A stretch of DNA of 64,000 bases from NCBI GenBank assembly GCA_904063045.1, contig CAJFCJ010000029.1, positions 62,001-126,000 of the forward strand, in the 5' to 3' direction. This document shows, one piece after another, positions 39,501 through 51,500 of this stretch (its first letter is position 1; the number at the start of each line of letters is the position of its first letter). The position numbers and the translations under genes were made by a program. The DNA comes from Dimorphilus gyrociliatus. Taxonomy: Eukaryota; Animalia; Annelida. The notes beneath the pieces were generated by a model that was not told the DNA's origin, did no database searches, and saw only the letters and a list, made by a program, of their open reading frames with translations.

Positions 39501-42500
39501 GTTGGAATATTCGTTGATAGCAATAATGAATATGACGAAATTTACGAAGATAATAATATTGCTTGGTCACCCGAATTAACAATAAATCCAGCTCCTGTTT
39601 GTAAGAACTACGCTGTTGAAAAGAAACTCGAAGTTGCGATAGTTAATGTCAATGGTCCACCGTATTCGTCTCAAAATTGGGATGATGTATACAAATTCGA
39701 AGTACTCTTGACAAATGCCTATAATAAAATAATTGAACGTTCTTCTAGTGTATTATACACAATTTCTGTTCATCTATCTCAGGATGATAGTAAACTATCT
39801 CCAGGAAAAAAAACTCTTATAGTTGAGGAAGGAGCAAGCGATGAATACGCTGGAGGGAAGTTGGCAATTAATGCTGGACAAACTTTGAAATTAAATTATA
39901 CTGCAAAGCTTTGTAGGGATTCGACTCCAGCTGAATGTTCCATTGACAACGTCCTATCCGACTGCTCTACTCTATCAACCAAACACAATCCAACTTTTAT
40001 TGTTACTGGAACTCCTAAATCATTTTTAACAGGTTATACCGAAGGTTCGGCAGCTACTACAGCTGCTTATATTTCATGTGCGAGTCAAGGTACCAATTCA
40101 ATTTATATTTAACATATAGAATCATTAAATTAATTAACTACTCTTCTCTGTGCTTTTTATAGTTTATCCACAGATCAAATCAATAGGTTTAACTGGTACA
40201 ATATATCCTGGAACTGAATATCCGTTTACTTTCGAAGTCAGTGCTGTAAATTTTAATAGAAATCCAGCATCTTTTAGTACAAGTTCTGATAACTTTAATT
40301 TGAAAATTTTTATTGATAAAGACACACTTGATTTACCTACCGAAGCTGTAATTGATTCATCGTCATCACTTACAGCCGCTTATCGGACAGATATTGACGG
40401 TTCAGGTAAATCTGTAATGTTGTCTGGAACTGGAAAAGTGTCTTTGACCACTGCAAATTGTGGCAGTATGAATGCGAATAGTGATATCATAAAGGCTACA
40501 ATAACACCAACTGTCTCCGGATATAGTGCAGCAACATCAGTATTTCTAAACACACAATGGACGTACAACTGCAATCCAAATTATATTGACTTATCCTTCG
40601 GTCAGTTTCAGCTAAAAACTGGAGGCAGTGAGAATTCTGAAGTAACTATTGATGTGAATAAAGATTACAATATAAACGTAAAAGTTAGGACTTCCGGAAC
40701 TGAAACATTCACTTCTCAAGTCAATTATTACCTACTGCTATATTTATCAATGGACGACAAATACGACAACAACGATTGGTTTGTAGATAGCCTCGATGGT
40801 CCTACCTCAGCAGTTGCTGCCGATTCTACTAGCACTGAGTCTATGACAGGAGCAATAACTCCATCAGGTGAAAAGTGGGCTAGACTATGTAATATAGGTA
40901 GAGGATATGTCATTGCTAAACTTGAACATAAAGACAACACTAAAATTGATCCATATGTCGAAGATAATTTTATCTCTTACGCCATAACATTAAAGTGTCC
41001 AGATGATATGTTTGTATTGCTGGACTGGAAGTTGGATGAACCTAATATCCAATTACTCGAATCGACTAGCTTTACTTTAAAGAGTTCAGTAAAATTAACC
41101 AACCTTGGCAGTGCCAACATTCCGGCGTCAGAGAATCTAGAAAAGCCAAACTTTTTTTTTAGAGTAAATGTTTTCCATTATTAAAAAAATCATATCTAAC
41201 GATTACATTTGAAATTTCTTTTCCAGCTGACATTTAAACGTTCGGATAGTTCAATTGTCTTGATTCCATTAAAATCATTCAAAACATCTAATTTTAGACT
41301 ACAATATCAAGAACTTGAAGTAAATGTTACCTACTCTGTTGATATTGAACAAGTTTTTGAATTTTCAAATAGCTTTTGTACCAATTTCAACAAGTAAGAG
41401 AAATTTTTTATATACAATTTATATTGTGTCGTTTATCTTTGTTTATAATTATAGAATACTCTCTCTTGAAATTGTCGCCGGTACCGGTATACCTTTAGGT
41501 TTTGTTGATAAACTACCATCGACAAACATATACAGTATGCAAATGAAGGATAATTGTGATACACAGACTGCTGATCTGACTATAAGTTCTTTTGTTTTAA
41601 GTACTATTTCCGACGAGTTAGGATATTTCAAAAAAGTTGATTTCAGTCTTGTTACTAATTTGAAATTAAACGGTGGAAAAACTTTAACTGGAGGTAGTAA
41701 GAAATTTGATTTAAAATTCTATTTCTCTCTGGACGATATCTTCGACTCTGACAAGGATAGAGAGTTTCCTTATGATTTCACTACACACTTTAGTGCAGAA
41801 TTAAATGCCGATTATTCATCAGCCGGTGATAATTCAATAACATTTAATGGAGGTTCAGGAAGTGGAAAAGAGCTTAGACTACCTTATTACTTTCGCAATG
41901 AAATTTGTGGTAAAGCTTATATCTTTGTAGAGATAGATTCTTCGAATGGAATACAGGAAACAGATGAAACGAATAACGTCTTATTTGATTTTCTTCAATT
42001 AGAATGTTCCGGTGATGTCTACAATTTAAAGGTACCAAGCTTAAAAGTTGGTTCCATTGTTATGCTTAACGAATTTTTACAAGTTACATTTTCGTCCGAA
42101 ATATACAATTCGGGTTCGAGTAGTATATCATCTTCTTCGAATCCAAACTTTGCTATATCTGTATATCTTCAAAAGGGCGATATATTCGATGATCAAATTG
42201 CAATTGATGTCACTCCAGCGTCGTATACTTATATCAATTCAGAAGAAGATAATCTAAAAGCAAGCCAAGCTAGATGGTCAAGTGTAAAATTAAAGAATGT
42301 AAAAGCTTCTATGAATATCACTGACTGCTACAAAAATGTTGATCATTTATTTATTGTAATCAAAAGTCTAAGGAAAACAGAATGCATCCAGGAGAATAAT
42401 TATTACTCATCTAGTTCATTTAAATGCTTAACTACGAATGCTATTGACCTTCGCTTGAACCTTGACAGAAATAACGAACAAGAGTTTAAATTAGATACAC

Positions 42501-45500
42501 ACAATCAAATTACTCTTGACCAACCAAAGAAGTTTGTGCTACGTCTTGCTATTGATGCAGCTGGCAGTATGAAAGTTAAACCATTCGCTATTAAATTAAC
42601 ATTATCTGATGGATTGAATACAGTTAATATTCCATTAGGTCTAGATATAATTGACATTAAGGATACATTGACCGACACAAAAGAATTAAACTTTGATGGC
42701 TCATTCACCTTAGAGCCTGGCAAATATTTACCTTTTTGCAACAGTGACTTAACATTAAAGTTATCCATTGATCCGAACGATGAGATAAATGAATGGAATG
42801 AACATAACAATGATTTTATAATACAGCAAGTATCCGTTGTTGGAACTTTCTGTAACTCAGACTTGGATCTTTCTGTTGAGGATCTTGAAATGATAGACCT
42901 TGATGAGAATATTATTCTCCAAGACCAAGCATTCGATTTTTACTTTACATTTAATATAAACAAGCCTGGAGCGTCGACGGCGCCAGATCCTTCCAGTTTT
43001 AAATATAAATTAGTTATTGCTGATAGTATGAAGAATGACGGAAAAACTGTAACTATTTCTGATCAAACATACTCTAGCTTAGGTACAAAGAAAGTGGAAG
43101 CTTCAGTCACATTGTCAATGTCTGGTGGCGGGGATACTGTTCAAAGATGGTTTTGTGGGTTAGTTGTTTACATGGGTGTGAATATTAATTACGACGAAGC
43201 GATAACGGAGCCTACTTATACTAATAATTGGCTATGGAAACCAGTAAGAGTTAAATGCCCATCGATAAATACTATAGCCATTGTGGGTCTTCAACTTACC
43301 GGTAGTGACCAACCTGGAAATACAATACCTGAAGGTCAGAGTACTACAATAACTTTTGATGCAAAAGTTTTAAATAAGGGACAAGAAAAGAATGCCGGAT
43401 CGAATCATTTCGACTATAAAGTCTATCTTCTGTCGTCTCTAGTTAGCGATTTAAGTAGCGGTTCTCCGGGAGACGCCTCGGCAGTAATAGCAAATGCACC
43501 TGGAAGAGATGTAAAATTTTATAGTGGTCAAATTATTGAGCATACAGCAGTAACAGCAACATTTACGATTTCATCTTCAAATTGTATAACAACTAATTAC
43601 TTATGTATTGAAGCGTCTAATGTGGGTGATGAACAGAAAGAGGACAATTTCAAATGCATTTCTGTATCAGGGAATGAAAAAGTTAATTTGGACTGCAAGA
43701 GAGATATTAGTATTACGTCATTGACTGTGAAACCGCAAAAGCCTTTAAATAAAATCTATCGAGATTCTTTATCTCCGTTAAGCTTCTCACTTACTATGGG
43801 CTTTACTGGTAGGACTGTGGAAAGTGATTCAGAAACTCTTGTGTCTTTTGAAGCATACTTAAGCGATCGAAATGACATTATTCCAACAAGTGGATATAAG
43901 CAATTGATAGGAGAATCTAAGGGATTAACATACACTCAATCAACAACAACAACACTTACATCACAAATAACCCACGGTGATTCAAATAGTATAGGAGGAG
44001 ATATTAGAATAATGATACCTTCTGCAAATTGTTCAACATCAAGTAGATTCGTTTGCTTAAAATATAAAATAACTAGACAATTGAATCCGCCATTTGACGA
44101 TAGTAATTCGGGCAATGATGCAACATGCAAATCTTTAGGAGAGCATTTACAATGTGACGACGAAAGTAAAGATATAAGTCCTTCTTGGTTGAATTTTCCT
44201 GATGTCTTAATTACTGCTGGTGGTAAACATTCTTTTGAGTTATTTGTTGACGTGGAACTTAGGGGATCGGCCAATTCAGAAAACATAATCTTTGATGGAG
44301 AATTCTTCCTGTCTACCGATGACAAATTTGACAATGGAACTGATATTCTCCTGCCTTACGATGGTTTATCATACGGAATGGCTCGTTTAGAGATGATGAG
44401 AACCTACAAGACTCCTGGAAAATATACCATGAATCTAAAAAGTTCCAAATTGTCAATACCCAATTCAATATCAATTTGTGGCGAGAGCTATATACTATTT
44501 TTGGCTGATACATCCAACACAATCAGTGAAAGATATGAGGATAATAATATGATTAGCACAAAGGTAAGAACGTCTTGCGTTGGAGACGTCTATGAGGTGG
44601 TCGATTTCAAAATTTCGAGTATGGAAGATATTTATATTGGCATATCAACAACAGTAACATTTAACTTTAAAATAAGAAATATCAGTCCAAAAACTTTAAA
44701 GAAAACATCTTCTCTTTCTTTAGATAGATTAATAAGAGTTTTTGTTATGGATAGCCTGCTGGATTCATCTCCCTACGTTGTAGGCGAGATTGAACTTCCC
44801 AGTGAGTTTTATAAAGAGATAAAGCCAGGAGAACTCTTAGAAGTAGAAGGTGCAAAAACGTTTTTCTCCTCGGACAATACAGTATTCACATTAGCAAAAT
44901 GTAATAGCTTCAACGGTTTGTTATTGTATGTGGCTTCATCTACAGAAACTTATAAACTGAATAACCAAAAGTTTATCTCAATTGACCTATCATTGAAACG
45001 CTGTTCTGTATCGTCAACGTCGTTGAGAGACGTTAAGTTAATTGACATTGAATTACCACAGATATTACCAGTTCCAGGAACTTTTAGCAGTTGGCATATA
45101 ATCGCTACGAATGTCGGCTCAGCAAGTGCCGCAATAACAGAAAAAGGGTTTACGTCTACTTTTTATGTTAGTAACGGCAAATCTTCCATTAAAATAGCAG
45201 ATTTATCTAATTCGATTTCGACGTCTAAAGGAGAACAAAAGGAAGAGTTAGTTTTTAACAAAGATACAAAAATAAAAGCTTTTACCGATAAATCATATTG
45301 CGGTTACGTAACTGCTTATATAATGACTGATTCTGAAAATGATATTACAGAAAAGAGTGAAGAAAATAATAAAATGTCAACAGAAATTCTAACTGCATGC
45401 GAAGGGGATTTTTTCTCATTATCACACCTTGATCTTGTTTCAAACAGACTATCAGAATCAAACGAATTACCTTTAATTTTTTTCGTAAAGGTTATTTGCT

Positions 45501-48500
45501 TGAAATCATCTTGCATGATAGGATCGTCGGATGAAAATATAAAGTTTAACATTTATGTTTTAAACTCTACTAGTGGTTGGTCTCACTTACAAACTATTGA
45601 CAAAAACTCTACAGTTTATCCTCATCTGGGCGTCACCTTTAAACGTCAAGGTTATGAGAGGACATTTCACGTTAAAAGCAAAGCAAAATTACCAATGGAT
45701 ACTTGTAATAATAGTATTGCAAGACTGAAAATTCAATTAGACTTTGGAAGTGGTTTACCAGGAAAGATGGATAATGTTACAGAGAATAATAATATTTATA
45801 CACAAGTTGAATGCGCATCGTCCAATAGAGACTTAATAGCAACGAATTTTAAGATATTGGATGAAAATCCTTTAAAAAGTAGGCGAATTAAATACCAAGT
45901 TGATATAAATTTAGAAGGAGAAAAGCTTGATGCTATCGATCCATTAGGCATAGCTCCGCTATTCAATATAGGTCTTTATGTATCAAGAGATAGACTTTTA
46001 TCAAAAGATGATATACGAATGGACTATATTATGTCAGAATGTGCAGCCAGGACAATAAATAAAGGAATTTCGAACGAAACTATAACTGTTACGGATGCAA
46101 CTGATGGTGCAATTTTACCTGAATCAGTTTGCGGTTCCACAAATATTATCATAAAAATAGACAGCGATGACCGATACAACGAACTGAATAAGGTTAACAA
46201 TGTTTTATATAAAAAAGTTGATATAAATTGTGAGGGAAATTTATTCGAATTGATAGATGTCATATCTGATCAATTCAATGAACCACTTCATCAATTTACT
46301 TCCGGAATGAGCTATTCGTCGTGGAAATTTGATGTTATTTTAAGAACTAATAACTACGATATCTATTCTCCTTATCGGGAAACTGGAGAACCTCTTTTAA
46401 CCATTATATCAGCTTTTTCAGCTGATTCGGAGTTTTCCGACGACGATATTCAGATCCCAGTCACTATGAGTGATATATCAAAACGACTTGTATCGTTTGG
46501 TCTGTTACCAAATACGGAACTTAGATTGCCATTAAATGAACTTTCTAATATTAATATACCAGCTGATATTTGTGCCTCAATTAATTATTTACTTATTGGT
46601 ATATTGCCCTCTAAAAATCAACTAATACTAGAGAAGAAGCTTGATAACAATTTCCATTATTACCCGATTAAGAAATTATGCAATCCTGGCCAGAAAGTTA
46701 TGGCAGATACTATAAGTAAACCTGTATCAATCTCAAACCTTGATCAGCTATACGAATTTGCTGCTATAGTTAGAACATCGTTCGCTTCAGCTACTACGTT
46801 GAAATACGGTTGGTGGATATCCCACGATGATAAACTGCAAGATAATTTAGATTTTAATCTGGAGTATGGAAAAGTATCTGCAATTGGAGATATACTTTTC
46901 ACGAAGAACGTTACAGTACCTGGTCGAATTGCTCCAAAATTTTGCGGAAAAGTTTACATCCTTTTCCAGGTTGATCCTCATGATGAAATAATTGAGGTAA
47001 GAGAGGATAATAATGTTGCTAGCAAATTGATAAAAGTTAGCTGCAGTGGTGATTTAATAACTTTAAGGGATGTTAAATTGTCCTGGATCAGTAATGAACT
47101 ACTTGGAAGTGCTTCAAATAGTTTAACTATAAATGGAACTATTGAATGCACCGGTCAAAGTAAATGTCCTAACGCACCTCTTTCTGGAGATCATTACAAG
47201 ATAAAACTGCACGCTTACGATTCAAGCTTTAATATTCTTTCATCTCTCAGTCCTTCTTTCTTGCAATCGTCGATGCTTCAACCTTCTGATCTACTTACTA
47301 AAGATTTTTCTACTGGTACCATCGTTTATAGTTTTACCGCCAACAGTAAATTTCAACTCAGCAATCCGTCAATAAGCGATCTTGTGGAATATATTGGAGT
47401 TAATCTGGAAACTGATCAAACAACTGTCGGACCATCAGATGCTAAATTACGCTTAATACCTTTTAAATATTATAAAGAAGTTGGTTCAGTAGATTTTAGC
47501 ATAGATACTTTTACAGTTGCACCACAGAGTGGTGACGTCACAAAGGTAATCAATATGAATTTAATTGTTGGAGTTGCAACCTCTATGTGGAAAGACGAAA
47601 TTACCGAGCCCTTATTTGGTTACAGTCTCTACCTTTCACTTGATTCCGTTATTACTAGTGATGATATTAACATTAATTATGTCCCAAGTGAGGCTATAAT
47701 TAAGAATTTAGTAACATCTTCACCCACAGTAAATCTTGCTGATCCTTCAATTAAACTTAATACTGACATAATTCAGAGCTTTTGCGGAAAAGAAGTCTAT
47801 TTCGGTGTTATCATAGACCCGGCAAACAGAATTAAAGAATCGGATGAAACTAATAACTTTGCATCTGTTAAAATTACAATAACGTCGTGCGATAATGGAG
47901 TTACGTCTTATGTCAAAAGCATAAATTATCTTCCCTCCTGGGTAGTATCATATCAAGCCATAACAGCAAATTTTCTCGTAGAACATGTTCTAACAGGAAC
48001 GTTAGATATTCCGGCTGCTGTTGATGGTAAAGTTAATTATAAGCTAAACTGTGAATTGTTAGAGGATATTTGGTCATCAAAACATAAATTTAGCTTTAAA
48101 ATTGACACTTCGTCAATAAGTCAAACAAAAGAGCAAATTACTTCCGGTGCAAATATAGATAATGGTATTGCTGTTTTAGTTCAACACTCTTTTCCCTTTA
48201 CATTTAATATTGCCCCAAACTATTCAATTTGCGGTAGATTATGGATGATCAAGTGGCAAGTTGAATTTCTTACGAATACCCTAAGCTCAAAAAAAGTTGT
48301 TCTACCTCCTTATTATGATAACATATTCATATCATGCCCTCAAGGGGATTTGTTAGTTCTTGAGAGTATCGATATTAAACATACCCCGCCACTGTGGTGG
48401 TCTGATTCAACAAACTATTTTAAATTTATAGCCAAAGTACGAAATATTGGAACAAACGCGGCCGATGCAATAGCCGAATCGTCTGGATCAAGAAAATATA

Positions 48501-51500
48501 GTTTCATGATTGAACAATATTTTTCAATAGATGATTCTCTAGATACGCAACAAGACACAAAACAAGATGTTCGCCTCCCGGGAGATTATATACACGATTA
48601 TGAGAAATCAGTAGAACCTAAAGAAGAAGTTGTAACCCCAGTTCTAACCGGATATTTGAAGGATTTAAGTCGAGATCTATGTAAAAGTGCTCAATTAGAA
48701 ACTTCTAAACCAACTATTTTTTGGGTTATGAAACCGGCGTCTGCAACTTATTCAACATTTACTTTTAACGACGTCTTATCAGCGCCTTTAGATAAATCAA
48801 TATTTACTTGTGAACCCGATAATATTGATTTAGCAGTCACGTCATTAAAAATTGGCGGCTTAAATACAAAAATAAGACAAAGTATTGCAACTAACTATAG
48901 AGTAGAGATTTCTCAATCAAAGACTGCAGAAGCAGAAATCAAACGATCAGACTATTCGGGAAATGAATTAAGTTATAGATATGATTTCTATCTATCGAAT
49001 GATGATAAATTTTCAAAGGACGATTTAATACTACCAATTGAATATTCTAAGGAACAAAAGGTAACACTACAGCAAGGAATCTCCTCGGCCACTCCATCGG
49101 TAATACCGATAGATGGTTATAATTTTGTTGTTCCTAAAGATAGAGCCTTTTTTTGCGGAAAATATAACTATGTGATTGTCTATGTAAAAGACTTAAAGAA
49201 TCCTATTGAGCTTGATCCAAACCTTCATAATAATTGGAAAGCAACTCAAATAGAAATCGAGTGCCAAGAAGACCTTTTGACATTTGACTCCTTACAAATG
49301 ACGCCGGTTTGGCCTCAAAAAATGCTTTATAGAGATGCTTGGGCAAAGTTTCAATTGTCTGCTACTATAACTAGTTTAAAAGATATACCAAGTTCCGTTG
49401 ATGAGCGTGAATTGTTTACATTTAAAATATATCTCTCTGAAGATGGCATCTTAGATACATCTAACGACCCCGAACTGGAAATGAAGCTCGAAGATGATAT
49501 TTTTGGCATACGCAGAAAAGGTTGGCAAGCCATGGAAACAAGGAGCTTCCGGGAAACTGTCAGCATTAAGGCTTCTCAAGCTATTTGCACATTCAGACCG
49601 CAATTTCTTTTCGTCTATCTTGTGAAAAACGCTCAAATTACCATACAAGAATATGTCACAGAGAATAATGCACAGTATATTCCCTTTAGCCTAAACTGCC
49701 AGGTGAAACGTATCGAATTGAGTGCCAAATCATTTACTTTAGTTAATCCACAAGCAGTTTACACAACGGGAAGCGAAACTAAATATACATTATCTGTTTC
49801 TATTCATCTCGATGGAGGAGCAATTCTCGAACCTTTATTTAAATTGAGAAAAGGATTTAATATTAAATTCTATCTATCGACCAATACCAGCTGGGAGCAT
49901 TCAGATTATCCATTAGACTATACAATGACGGATGATAATTATGATAAATTAAAAGCTAGCTATAAAGTATCAACTGATTTATCATTCGATGCCGACGATA
50001 CTCATAAACTAAAAATTCCTGTCACTTTACCACCAAGATTCTGTGGATCAGTTTATCTTATTGTTTTTGTAGATAATGAGAATCAAATTGAAGAAGCAGA
50101 TGAGTCAAACAATTTCAAAGAAATTCCTATTTTTATTGATTGTATGGGTGATGAATTCGAGACCAGAAATTGGAAAATATGGCTACAACAGGTTTATTAC
50201 GGTGCACCCGGATTAATTAAAGTAGAAACTGATGTTAAATTGAAAACTGCAAATGTAAATAAGACAAACTTCGATATTACTGTGTGGGTAAGGGAAAATA
50301 AAGAGTCTGTTTGGTTAGAAGTCACCCCAAGCGATTGGGAAAGCGTTAACACAGATAATTACGATACTAAATCTATAAAGGGAAATCTTGACTTTAGATC
50401 TGCCTGCAAAGCAGATGTTGATAAGATAACGAACGGGTTAAAAGAAGTGAAAATTGAAGCTAGCTACAATTTGTCCTTGTCGAATTGCGTAGGCAAAAAT
50501 AATCGGGCCTATAGGCTGGCAAACGTCGATTGCTCTGGCGATTATATAGACTTGTCAATCGACGACTTTTCTTTAAGCAGTACTTTAAATTTTGGATATA
50601 ATCCCTTCATTCTTGTATTTAAAGCAGATTTGAGCTCTCCTTCGGTTGGTTGGGATGCCATGTCGGCTTTATCAAGACCTAAATTTAAATATAGGTTTAA
50701 AGTTGAATCAGTTTTAGAATGGATTTATTTAAGGCATGTTGCCGACACAAGACTAGATAAGAAAAGACTAGTAACTGAAGAGAGATACATAAAATACAAT
50801 GCAACAAAACATAACTCGATAATTAACGAAGCTACTAAAGAGACAAGATTAATGAATGTTTCCGATAATAATTTACAATTTAATCATGATGAACTATTAC
50901 TATTGTGCCACGCTATTTCGTCAAAGCTTTCAGTTCACGTTGACTCAGAAGAAGATATTAATGAAAGCAGCGAATCGAATAATATTGGTTCTTTAAATGT
51001 AGTTGTTAATTCATCACATTGCTTTGATGGTCCTCCTGCGAAGGACGTAACCGTTAGGGCATGGAAAATAAAGGCTACGAATGACGTTATGAAAGTTAAT
51101 ACGAACTATAATTACGACTTAAAAATACTATTAATTCTCGTAAAACCTTTACATCTTGACGGATTAAACGGAACCGACTCCACACACATGAATATTCAAT
51201 TTTTCATAACCGATGGAAAAAGTTCAGTGGATATCCCAGTCACTTTGTCTTCTTCGCAATTAGACGCTTTAAAAGCTTGGTACTGGAACATTTCCATAAT
51301 TGACATGTCCGATTCGAATCTTAAAATTCCATTGAATAATGAAACTTACAGATGGTGTTGGAAACCGGTTCAGATAGGAATAAAGCTTGACAGCTCAAAT
51401 AAACAAATTGAAGTAAATGAAGATAACAATGAGGGTTTTTACAGTGTCATCTTAGACTGCGGATCTAAAATAAACGAATGCAATTTAGGACTCCATAACT

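Noticed and set aside
21015-51465. Bacterial contamination or a recent HGT island explaining the CARDB-like repeats
   Set aside because: The repeats are interrupted by phase-consistent spliceosomal introns, fused in frame to metazoan EGF/NIDO/AMOP domains, and similar in base composition to neighbouring genes.
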